From the UHGV virus genome UHGV-0335561: DNA of 60,270 bases; one strand, given 5' to 3'. Under the pieces are notes generated by a model. It saw nothing but the letters and a program-made list of their open reading frames with translations. It did not search any database and was not told the DNA's origin. The stretch's first letter is position 1, and each line of letters starts with the position of its first letter. This stretch comes from a virus. Position numbers and translations under genes: made by a program. Shown piece by piece: positions 43,496 through 51,440 of the stretch.

Positions 43496-44365
43496 TCAGA
43501 AGTCAGCCAGCTGGTCGGAGGCTGCGCCCGTTGCGGTGAAGCGGTTCTGCGGATCGCCGTCCTGCGTGCGCAGTTTTTCCTTCAATGCTGTCAGCTCTGT
43601 GGTCAGTGACGTGATTTTCTGGCGGTCCTGCTGATGGCGGGTTTCCAGCACATTAAAACGGTCGATAATGTCGGCCTGTGACGTTGCAACGCCTTCCACC
43701 GCTTCCTGAATTCGGGAGAAACTGGCGTCATCCGCTTTGCGGCCACGACCAATAATCCCCATTACGCGGTTAAACCACTGGGTGCCTTCTTCCTGGCGTT
43801 GTTCTGCCATTTCGATGATTTCAGACTCGATGGCTTCGGAGATAAGCGGTGCTTCACCCTGGATACTGTTGAACGTCATCACCGCCTGACGTTGCTGTGC
43901 CGTGAATTTCAGGCGCTCAGTGCCCAGGCTTGCCGGGGTGTCGGTCATCGCCAGCCCGACCAGATAGGCGCGCCCGTTAACGGAGAACTGCGGGTGCAGT
44001 TCGATACTGGAATAGATTTTCTTGCCGTCAGCGACAAGCTGCTTCATGCGCTCGGTCGGTTCGATTTCTGCATACAGCGCAGTACGTCCGGCCAGCGGAC
44101 CTTCCGTAATGTCTTCCGTACTCAGTGCGGTGACATCGCCCATTGCGGAAAATTCGCTTGACGGACATGGCGAGAGATAGTGCTCAACGTTCACGCGGGC
44201 AGCGTAAACATCCGGGTTGAAGTTCTCGGCGGCTTCACGCAGATGCACCGGACTGATTTCACGGCCATCAACAGTTGATCCGGAGACAGCCACGCGAAAC
44301 TTTTTGCGGGATGTCTTTTTTTCATTAGCCATAGTTTTTGCCCCTCTGACTGGTTCTTCAGTCAT
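43496..44365 (-). CDS. O: capsid scaffolding protein (P2 gpO family)
   Basis: 289 aa; divergent from P. Confidence 0.82.
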   Translation of the reverse strand: MTEEPVRGAKTMANEKKTSRKKFRVAVSGSTVDGREISPVHLREAAENFNPDVYAARVNVEHYLSPCPSSEFSAMGDVTALSTEDITEGPLAGRTALYAEIEPTERMKQLVADGKKIYSSIELHPQFSVNGRAYLVGLAMTDTPASLGTERLKFTAQQRQAVMTFNSIQGEAPLISEAIESEIIEMAEQRQEEGTQWFNRVMGIIGRGRKADDASFSRIQEAVEGVATSQADIIDRFNVLETRHQQDRQKITSLTTELTALKEKLRTQDGDPQNRFTATGAASDQLADF

Positions 44366-44486
44366 GATGGCAAAGCGTAACAGGCTGATACAAAGGGCTT
44401 TTGTTGTAAGAAAACAGTCAGAACAGAGGGTTAAGGAGAACAGTTTCGCGCGCGGGTAATCTTCCTGTAATTACTCAGGGGGAGCA

Positions 44487-46238
44487 ATGATTCAGGACGC
44501 TTTTGTGCGCCAGCGTGCGCGGCAACTTTACTGGCAGGGTTATCCGCCCGCAGAAATATCACGTCTGATGGGAATAAACCCGAACACGATTTATGCGTGG
44601 AAAAAACGTGACCAGTGGGATGAAACGCCACCCGTGCAGCGTGTCACGCAGTCCATCGATGCGCGCCTCATCCAGCTTACTGAAAAACAGAATAAAACAG
44701 GCGGTGACTTTAAGGAAATAGACCTGCTGACCCGGCAGCTTAAAAAGCTGCATGATGGCCAGCCGGATGTGATGGCCGCAGGAAAGAAAGGCCGGGCGAA
44801 AAAACTCAAAAATCATTTCACGCCGGAACAGATTGCCGCACTGCGGGAAAAAATCATCAGCAGGCTGGAGTGGCATCAGCGGGGCTGGTTTGACTCCCTG
44901 ACCCTTTGCAGGGAAGCCGGGATACGTAACAGGATGATCCTGAAATCCCGACAGATTGGGGCGACCTGGTATTTTGCACAGGAAGCACTGCTGATGGCGC
45001 TGCGTGACGATGTGGCGCAACCTTACCAGCGTAACCAGATTTTTTTGTCTGCGTCGCGTCGTCAGGCGTTCCAGTTTAAAAGCATTATTCAGAAGGCCGC
45101 GGCTGAAGTTGATGTGGAGCTGAAAGGGGGCGATAAAATCATCCTCTCCAACGGCGCAGAGCTGCATTTTCTCGGCACTTCTGCTGCGTCGGCACAGTCC
45201 TATACGGGCAATTTTTATTTTGATGAATTTTTCTGGGTCAGTCGCTTTGCTGAACTGCGCAAGGTGGCTGGCGCTATGGCAACCCTCAGCGGACTGCGGC
45301 GCACCTACTTCTCCACGCCATCCACCGAAACGCACGAGGCATACGCCTACTGGAACGGCGACCGCTGGAACGAGAAAAAGGCCTCGCATAAACGCCAGCG
45401 TTTTTCTGTGGACTGGAAAACGCTGCATAATGGGCTTATCTGCCCTGACCGGACGTGGCGGCAAATTGTCACGCTGGAAGATGTGGTTAATCACGGCTGG
45501 AAACACACCGATATCGACGAAATTCGTGATGAAAACACCGAAGACGAGTTCCTCAATCTCTATATGTGTGAGTTTGTCCGCGAAGGGGAATCGGCATTTA
45601 ACCTGAATATCCTGATTGGCTGCGGTGTTGACGGATACGACGACTGGAAAGACTGGAAACCTTTTGCTCCCCGCCCGATGGGGAATCGTCCGGTATGGAT
45701 TGGGTATGACGCAAACGGCAGTAGTGGCAACGGCGACAGCGGCGCTGTGTCCGTGGTGGTTCCTCCGGCTGTTCCTGGCGGCCGTTTTCGAACGGTGGAG
45801 ACGCGACGCGTTCAGGGGCTGGAGTTTGAAGAACAGGCCAGAGTCATTGAAGAGTTCACGTGTCGCTACAACGTGGAACACATCGGCATTGATGTGACGG
45901 GCGGGAACGGGGAGGCTGTTTATCAGATAGTGAAGCGGTTTTTCCCTGCTGCTATTCCGTACACCTTCACGCTGTCATCAAAACGGTCGCTGGTACTGAA
46001 AATGCTGCAAATAATGCGTGCCGGGCGGTGGGAATACGATCGCGCCGAACGCGAGCTGGTCGCGGCCTTTAACGCCGTGCGTAAGGTGAAAACACCGGGC
46101 GGCTTTATCACTTACGAAACGGACCGCGCGAGGGGGATCAGCCACGGCGACCTTGCGTGGGCAACCATGCTTGCTGTCATTAACGAACCAATTGGCGGCG
46201 AAGGAGAAAACGAGCGTTTCATGGTTATGGAGTTCTGA
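44487..46238 (+). CDS. P: terminase ATPase (large) subunit (P2 gpP family)
   Basis: 583 aa; Walker A-like KSRQIGAT. Confidence 0.88.
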   Translation: MIQDAFVRQRARQLYWQGYPPAEISRLMGINPNTIYAWKKRDQWDETPPVQRVTQSIDARLIQLTEKQNKTGGDFKEIDLLTRQLKKLHDGQPDVMAAGKKGRAKKLKNHFTPEQIAALREKIISRLEWHQRGWFDSLTLCREAGIRNRMILKSRQIGATWYFAQEALLMALRDDVAQPYQRNQIFLSASRRQAFQFKSIIQKAAAEVDVELKGGDKIILSNGAELHFLGTSAASAQSYTGNFYFDEFFWVSRFAELRKVAGAMATLSGLRRTYFSTPSTETHEAYAYWNGDRWNEKKASHKRQRFSVDWKTLHNGLICPDRTWRQIVTLEDVVNHGWKHTDIDEIRDENTEDEFLNLYMCEFVREGESAFNLNILIGCGVDGYDDWKDWKPFAPRPMGNRPVWIGYDANGSSGNGDSGAVSVVVPPAVPGGRFRTVETRRVQGLEFEEQARVIEEFTCRYNVEHIGIDVTGGNGEAVYQIVKRFFPAAIPYTFTLSSKRSLVLKMLQIMRAGRWEYDRAERELVAAFNAVRKVKTPGGFITYETDRARGISHGDLAWATMLAVINEPIGGEGENERFMVMEF

Positions 46239-47284
46239 TGAGCAGAAAAAATAAAAAAGTGCGCATGAGTTCACGCATTGATCTCGCTGATGCGCTCAGG
46301 AAAGAATCATCGCTCAGTGCATTCACATTTGATGGTCCTTATCGCCTGACCGGGCATGACCTGCTGGACAATATGTACTGTGCTGATAACGGGCGGTGGT
46401 ATGAAACCCCGGTGGACTGGTACGGTCTGGCAAGAGCAGCCCGGCAAACGTCCTGGCATCAGTCTGCGCTTTACTTTAAGCGCAATGTATTACTCGGTTG
46501 CTACATCCCGCACCCGCTGCTTTCCCGGCAGGATTTCTCGGCGCTGGCGCTGGACTGGTTTGTGTTCGGTAACGCATTCCTTGAGCTTCGAAGCAATATG
46601 CTCGGCGAACCGCTTAAATTACGGCACGCCCTGGCGAAATACATGCGACGCGGAAGCGATCTTGAATCATGGTGGTATGTGCAGGATGGCAAGGACGCGT
46701 TTCAGTTTCGTCCTGGCAAAGTGTGCCACCTGATGAATCCGGATATTAACCAGGAAATCTACGGCATGCCGGAATATCTTGGCGCATTACTCTCGGCCAG
46801 CCTTTCTCATTCGGCGGACATGTTCAGAAAACTGTACTACGACAACGGATCCCACGCCGGGTGCATCATCTACATCGGTGCAGCGCAGGTAAACCGCGAA
46901 AGCATGGACTCCCTGAAAGAAACGCTACAGGGGGCACGTGGTGGTGGTGCGTTTAAAAACGTGCTCATTCATGCGCCCAACGGGGGCAAAGAGGGGGTGC
47001 AAATTTTGCCGTTCCAGCAGATCACCGCAAAAGATGAATTCATGAATGTTAAGGCGGCATCCCGTGATGATGTGCTGGCTGCGCACCGCGTTCCGCCGCA
47101 ACTGATGGGGGCGATGCCGGGCGAAAAAAGTGCGTTTGGCGATGTGGAGAAGGCAGCGCGGGTTTACGCAATTAACGAGCTGATGCCCGTTATGGAGGCT
47201 ATGAAGCACATCAATGACTGGCTTGGCGAAGAGGTGATCCGTTTTAACTCTTATGCTCTTCTTGATGAAAAAACAGCCCCGTGA
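46238..47284 (+). CDS. Q: portal protein (P2 gpQ family)
   Basis: 348 aa; start overlaps P stop. Confidence 0.85.
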   Translation: MSRKNKKVRMSSRIDLADALRKESSLSAFTFDGPYRLTGHDLLDNMYCADNGRWYETPVDWYGLARAARQTSWHQSALYFKRNVLLGCYIPHPLLSRQDFSALALDWFVFGNAFLELRSNMLGEPLKLRHALAKYMRRGSDLESWWYVQDGKDAFQFRPGKVCHLMNPDINQEIYGMPEYLGALLSASLSHSADMFRKLYYDNGSHAGCIIYIGAAQVNRESMDSLKETLQGARGGGAFKNVLIHAPNGGKEGVQILPFQQITAKDEFMNVKAASRDDVLAAHRVPPQLMGAMPGEKSAFGDVEKAARVYAINELMPVMEAMKHINDWLGEEVIRFNSYALLDEKTAP

Positions 47285-47300
47285 TGGGGCTGTCCTTTTT
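47268..47300. terminator. bidirectional terminator between convergent Q and the 174-aa gene
   Basis: acagccccgtgatggggctgt hairpin with T run after and A run before. Confidence 0.65.
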
Positions 47301-47823
47301 ACCAGAGTTGAACCATTTTCTGGGTGCCGTCAGGCTTGAGATTATCAATTTCAGAGAGAACGTAATATTGAATGGCTTCACAAACGGTGGTGTAGGGTGA
47401 ATTACCTTCTTTAAGTGGCACGATATTATTATTAACGCGAACCTGTATTTCATCGTTATACATTGCGATCGAAACAGGAGTGTGCACGAACGCGACTTCG
47501 CCAGGTGTGTCGTCAACCACCGTTTCAATACTAAAAGTCAGTTTTCGCTCATCATTGCTGCCCCGTGCTTTGGGGGTAGCGGCAGGGATCTGGGATAAAG
47601 GCATTCTGCGAAATCCTTCGGCTGCTTCCAGTCCGCATGAAACGTAATGCTGGCGATTACCGTCGCTATCTGTCCAGGTCTGTGATGGCAGCTCCAGCGA
47701 GATTTCATAAGCATCAACAATGCCCTGGGCAAGGCGTACAAGCGGGGTCAGATCTTCATTGCGGCGAAAGCTCTCCTTTACCTGCTCCCGTTTTTCTCTT
47801 AACTGCTTGTAATTAATGACCAT
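47299..47823 (-). CDS. hypothetical 174-aa protein at the cos-proximal edge of the cargo locus
   Basis: GGAGG RBS 7 nt upstream of ATG (MVINYKQLREKREQVKESF...); own terminator; no TM; no family recognised. Confidence 0.6.
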   Translation of the reverse strand: MVINYKQLREKREQVKESFRRNEDLTPLVRLAQGIVDAYEISLELPSQTWTDSDGNRQHYVSCGLEAAEGFRRMPLSQIPAATPKARGSNDERKLTFSIETVVDDTPGEVAFVHTPVSIAMYNDEIQVRVNNNIVPLKEGNSPYTTVCEAIQYYVLSEIDNLKPDGTQKMVQLW

Positions 47824-48368
47824 AAGACAGCCTCCATTGATTTCTTTGCTCGTATTTTGCACTTATGAAGTATGGTCGGCAAGGTGCCGTATCGCTGACG
47901 CGCTTCGCTTGTCTGCTGCTTCGCCGGGGCATAAAAAATTTATGCCCCGGCTCTCCAGCTCCTGTATCAATCAGATAATTTCACGACGCCTTCCAGTTTA
48001 TCGCCACCATCGACGGTCAGACTCTTACGCAATTCCACCGCGTTGACTGCATGTTCTCGCTGCCTCAGTGCGATTTTGACGGCCTTACCTTTCACCCCAT
48101 CAAATCAAAAGCCCTCACGCCTTTTTCATGCTCAGCGTGAGAAATATGGCCATTCTGTTGTGTCTCTGCGACATCGTTCAGGGAATGCTATTTACCCCCT
48201 GAAACGCGGGCTGTTCCCCCGTCACCTGCGCGCAGAAAAAGCGCGTTTTTTTGTGCACGCACGGATCCTTGACGGATCCAGCCGCCATGCGGGCCGGAAG
48301 GGTAAAAAGTCGTTCAAAAAAATTGTGCAAATTTGTGCACTTTTGTGCAGGTAAGCATGCCTATATAT

Positions 48369-48397
48369 TTGACCGTGGCTTGCCTTTGATGTAGTTT
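48369..48397 (+). promoter_or_regulatory. putative sigma70 promoter (TTGACC, 17 bp, TAGTTT) preceded by three TTGTGCA repeats at 10-bp spacing
   Basis: aattgtgcaaatttgtgcacttttgtgcag upstream of the -35/-10 pair. Confidence 0.35.
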
Positions 48398-48449
48398 ATA
48401 CGTCACAAAAACCACAAAACGTGGTTATGATTTCTATGAGGGGGTTGAT

Positions 48450-48485
48450 ATGAAAAAAATGTATGATGAATTTGATGGTTTCTAA
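48450..48485 (+). other. leader mini-ORF (11 codons, MKKMYDEFDGF) with strong RBS, just upstream of a terminator
   Basis: GAGGGGG RBS 5 nt upstream of ATG; stop about 20 nt before the hairpin. Confidence 0.35.
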
Positions 48486-48503
48486 GCTACGTTGACCTCT
48501 AAT

Positions 48504-48534
48504 GAGGCGGGGATTTGCTCCCCGCCTTTTTTAT
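48504..48534 (+). terminator. rho-independent terminator/attenuator 13 bp upstream of the first cassette gene
   Basis: gaggcgggga-tttgc-tccccgcc followed by tttttt. Confidence 0.7.
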
Positions 48535-48546
48535 GGATGAAATAGG

Positions 48547-49044
48547 ATGAACCCAATAACACTACAAATCATCAGCAATGCTATTGTTCTGCTTGGCGTT
48601 TTGGTTGCCATTGGAACCATTATCTACAATGTGCGTACCGCAAAAAAAACTCAAACGGCCAACTTTCTTTTTGAGAGTCGGCAAGATATGCAATATATAG
48701 AGTCATTGCATACCCTGAAACAAGTGCATCGTTCAGGCAAATCATTTCGTTCTTATGTTTTTCCTTGTGATGGTTGCATAATAACAGATGAAGAAATGGC
48801 CGAGCGTCGAAAATTTCAATATATTTTAAATTTTTACGAGCGAGTTGCTGTAAGTATTCGTGAAGGTATTTATGATGAAAAAATGATAAAAAGAACATCT
48901 TACACAACAGTTGTAGAGACATATGATATTGCCGAGCCATTAATTAAAGCAATCAGAGAAAGCATTAATTCGGATACTACATATCAAGAATTCGAATGGT
49001 TAGTAAGAAGATGGAAAGCTAATCCTTTACGGAAAAACAAATAA
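48547..49044 (+). CDS. hypothetical membrane-anchored protein (single N-terminal TM plus about 135-aa soluble domain), AT-rich
   Basis: 165 aa MNPITLQIISNAIVLLGVLVAIGTIIYNV...; visibly lower GC than flanks. Confidence 0.7.
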   Translation: MNPITLQIISNAIVLLGVLVAIGTIIYNVRTAKKTQTANFLFESRQDMQYIESLHTLKQVHRSGKSFRSYVFPCDGCIITDEEMAERRKFQYILNFYERVAVSIREGIYDEKMIKRTSYTTVVETYDIAEPLIKAIRESINSDTTYQEFEWLVRRWKANPLRKNK

Positions 49045-49083
49045 TGTTTTACCCTTTAATTTACAAGTAACACAGGGGGAAGT

Positions 49084-49926
49084 GTGACACAGAATCCGTT
49101 TTCATTTTATGACTTTTTGGGCTATCTAATTCCAGGTGGGTTATTCCTGTTTATCCTTTTTTTGTTTTCTATTGAAATTAACCCTGTTTATATAGAAGGT
49201 ATTCTTAACCATATCCTGAAATATAAAGAAATAATAAGTGTATTTATATATGTGGTATTAATCGTTCTATCATATATTTCAGGTCACTTCATATCTATTC
49301 TATCATCCTGTTTAATTGAAAAATACATGAACAGTAAACTTGGGTATCCTTCAATTTATCTGTTTTCTAAAAGAAGCTCCCTGAAAATAAAACGACATAA
49401 TACTAAGTTCAGTATAGTTAATTTTATTCGTGGAGTTTTTTTATTTCCTGTATCAGCTTTTGATAAAGCAGAACATCATAAAACCACACTGCATTCTATA
49501 CTTATTAAAGTCTTTTGGCCGCAAATACGAGATGGTTATATAAATGTTTTTTCTGTATCTACGCTATATCGACGTAAGGGCTTGAGGGGCGATCTTTTTC
49601 GCCTTGCTTATCATTATGTGTATGAACATTCTAAAAATCATCAGGTGAAAATGCAAAACTATGTTGCTTTGTATGGTTTTTGTAGAAACATTACATTTGT
49701 TTTTCTCGCTTCAGTCTGGTTGCTTATGTTCCTGCTCCTTCTATCCTTTTTAATAGATATAAATATCAGACTGTTACCTTTTTGTTTTCTTCTCTTGTTT
49801 TGTATTGCTGCATCCCGAGTATTTTATTATGGTTTTGTTAAGTATTATCGCCGCTATTCTCTTGAGGTTTTAATGGCATTTGCGGTACTTCAGCACGATA
49901 AAAAAACTTCGGCAATTTCATCATGA
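49084..49926 (+). CDS. hypothetical polytopic membrane protein (4-5 predicted TM helices), AT-rich
   Basis: 280 aa; hydrophobic segments at about 10-30, 50-72, 196-222, 224-250; purine-rich RBS region. Confidence 0.7.
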   Translation: MTQNPFSFYDFLGYLIPGGLFLFILFLFSIEINPVYIEGILNHILKYKEIISVFIYVVLIVLSYISGHFISILSSCLIEKYMNSKLGYPSIYLFSKRSSLKIKRHNTKFSIVNFIRGVFLFPVSAFDKAEHHKTTLHSILIKVFWPQIRDGYINVFSVSTLYRRKGLRGDLFRLAYHYVYEHSKNHQVKMQNYVALYGFCRNITFVFLASVWLLMFLLLLSFLIDINIRLLPFCFLLLFCIAASRVFYYGFVKYYRRYSLEVLMAFAVLQHDKKTSAISS

Positions 49927-49942
49927 TTTGAAACATTGGCAC

Positions 49943-49970
49943 CCTGTTAGCAAGGGTGCCAGAATGATGT
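49943..49970. terminator. hairpin between the convergent membrane cassette and parR
   Basis: ggcaccct-gttagca-agggtgcc. Confidence 0.55.
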
Positions 49971-50009
49971 GTTGGTCTGTATTTTATTAGTTCACATACA
50001 ATTATCAGA

Positions 50010-50324
50010 TTATTCTGGGAATAAGGTCTGAATATTCTTTTTTATTTTATAAAAATTGCATTCAACTCCGCTAGGCTGATTATCCTGGTATGTTTCCTTG
50101 ATGCTAACGGTATTGAAGGGGAGGTTGTCCTCTGGCCATTCGGCCATCCAGTAGGCAAATGCTGGGTTGCGCTTTATGAGCGCTAGCCCAGCCAGAAAGG
50201 CCGCGCGTTGCGCGCGGCTGCGTTCGGAGGCTGGCAGGCTATCGAGGTAATTGCACGCCTCCTGTTCACTCTTGACGGCGGCGGGCTTCAGATAGAAACT
50301 TATCCGTCTGGTTGGTGTCGTCAT
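50010..50324 (-). CDS. parR: ParR-like centromere-binding protein (type II partition, ribbon-helix-helix)
   Basis: 104 aa; RRISFYLKPAAVKSEQEACNYLDSLPASERSRAQRAAFLAGLALIKRNP resembles plasmid R1 ParR as I recall it; AAGGAG RBS. Confidence 0.75.
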   Translation of the reverse strand: MTTPTRRISFYLKPAAVKSEQEACNYLDSLPASERSRAQRAAFLAGLALIKRNPAFAYWMAEWPEDNLPFNTVSIKETYQDNQPSGVECNFYKIKKNIQTLFPE

Positions 50325-50328
50325 TGGT

Positions 50329-51288
50329 TTACTCCTTGTCCATTGCGTACAGCCCATTAACCAGAGCAAACTGTGGCACCCCGTCCGCGATGAAAGTCGC
50401 ATTAACTCCGCAGACTTCGCGGATAGCGGGTGCCACAATCTCCGCCCCTCCACCGACAACCATCACCCGCCCGTAACCCGAAAAAACCGCCAGCGCGCGG
50501 ATCACGCGTTGTTTCAGTGTTTCTTCCTTTTCACGAATAACCGCCATCAGGCTGGCGTAATGCGCGTCATTGTGGATGTGCTGGCGCAGCCAGGCTTCAT
50601 CATGGCGATGTTCGATAATGGTATTGGCGATGTGGTGACTGGTGCGCATACCGTTAGTGGCCATCACCGACAGTACGGCATCGGCCATCAGGGAAACGCC
50701 TACGTGTGGATCGCAAAACACCTGGCTGATACCTGCCAGTTGCCCTTGAACCTTTGCCACATCCAGCGTGGTTCCGCCTAAATCCACAATCAGCAGGGAT
50801 TCAAACGGACTCATGTCAGCCAGTGCTTTAAAGCCAGCCGGAATGGATTCAGGCATAACCCGCACGTTACGGATAGTGAATGCTTCGCCGTTCTGGTATT
50901 CCACCGGGCGCATAACGTTCGCTTTTTTGCGGTTGATGTTGGCCATGTCCGGCTGTGCGTTTGTGTCGAAATACTCGCTCAGTGGCAGGGTGACAACCAC
51001 ATCCACCTCCTGTGGCGTGATGCCTGATTTGACCAGCGCGTGATGAATGGCGATTACATTCACATCGCTGTACTGGTATTGCGTGTCGGTCGTCTGGACA
51101 AAGCGATCGCTAACCGGATCAAAACCATAGCGCACGCCATCAAGCATGTAGTTCGCGGGCTGCATGCCACCGAACGGCGCAGACCATTCCGACTTGAAGC
51201 TGTTCGGGCTGATGGCGTTGCGGCGTTCGCCATTCTCAGTCCATGCCAGCTTGATGTTGGTGGAGCCGTCGTCGATACAAATTTTCAT
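50329..51288 (-). CDS. parM: ParM/StbA-family actin-like segregation ATPase
   Basis: 319 aa; MKICIDDGSTNIKLAW...ISPNSFK.EW...YSDVNVIAIHHAL... motifs of R1 ParM. Confidence 0.85.
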   Translation of the reverse strand: MKICIDDGSTNIKLAWTENGERRNAISPNSFKSEWSAPFGGMQPANYMLDGVRYGFDPVSDRFVQTTDTQYQYSDVNVIAIHHALVKSGITPQEVDVVVTLPLSEYFDTNAQPDMANINRKKANVMRPVEYQNGEAFTIRNVRVMPESIPAGFKALADMSPFESLLIVDLGGTTLDVAKVQGQLAGISQVFCDPHVGVSLMADAVLSVMATNGMRTSHHIANTIIEHRHDEAWLRQHIHNDAHYASLMAVIREKEETLKQRVIRALAVFSGYGRVMVVGGGAEIVAPAIREVCGVNATFIADGVPQFALVNGLYAMDKE

Positions 51289-51304
51289 GTCGCTTTTCCT
51301 TATG

Positions 51305-51440
51305 TTGATTAATTAATCGTTTACGGGATTCTGAAATCCCGTTTTTGCCTGTTTTGTGCGCGCTTCATATATCGCTGCGCGTTTTTTGCTCATTTACGGG
51401 ATTCGTAAGTCCCGTTTCTGTCTGTTTTTTGTTTCCACTG
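51305..51440. repeat. two direct repeats of about 45 bp, each with an internal palindrome (ACGGGATT...AATCCCGT), upstream of parM; putative parC-like centromere/operator
   Basis: cgtttacgggattctgaaatcccgtttttgcctgtttt and tcatttacgggattcgtaagtcccgtttctgtctgtttt; the second copy overlaps the last codons of A. Confidence 0.55.

Noticed and set aside
44559-45881. 440-aa minus-strand ORF opposite the P2-type terminase ATPase gene
   Set aside because: Antisense shadow ORF with low-complexity translation; the + strand gene has a clear terminase signature.
47816-48354. + strand ORFs of 76 and 103 aa in the promoter region of the cargo locus
   Set aside because: They overlap hairpins and terminators, have no RBS, and give low-complexity Arg/Ser-rich translations.
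48500-48535. Possible P2-type cos site (GAGGCGGGGA resembles the core of the P2 cohesive end as I recall it)
   Set aside because: Only a partial match from memory, and the element is a canonical hairpin plus T-tract; better explained as an intrinsic terminator.
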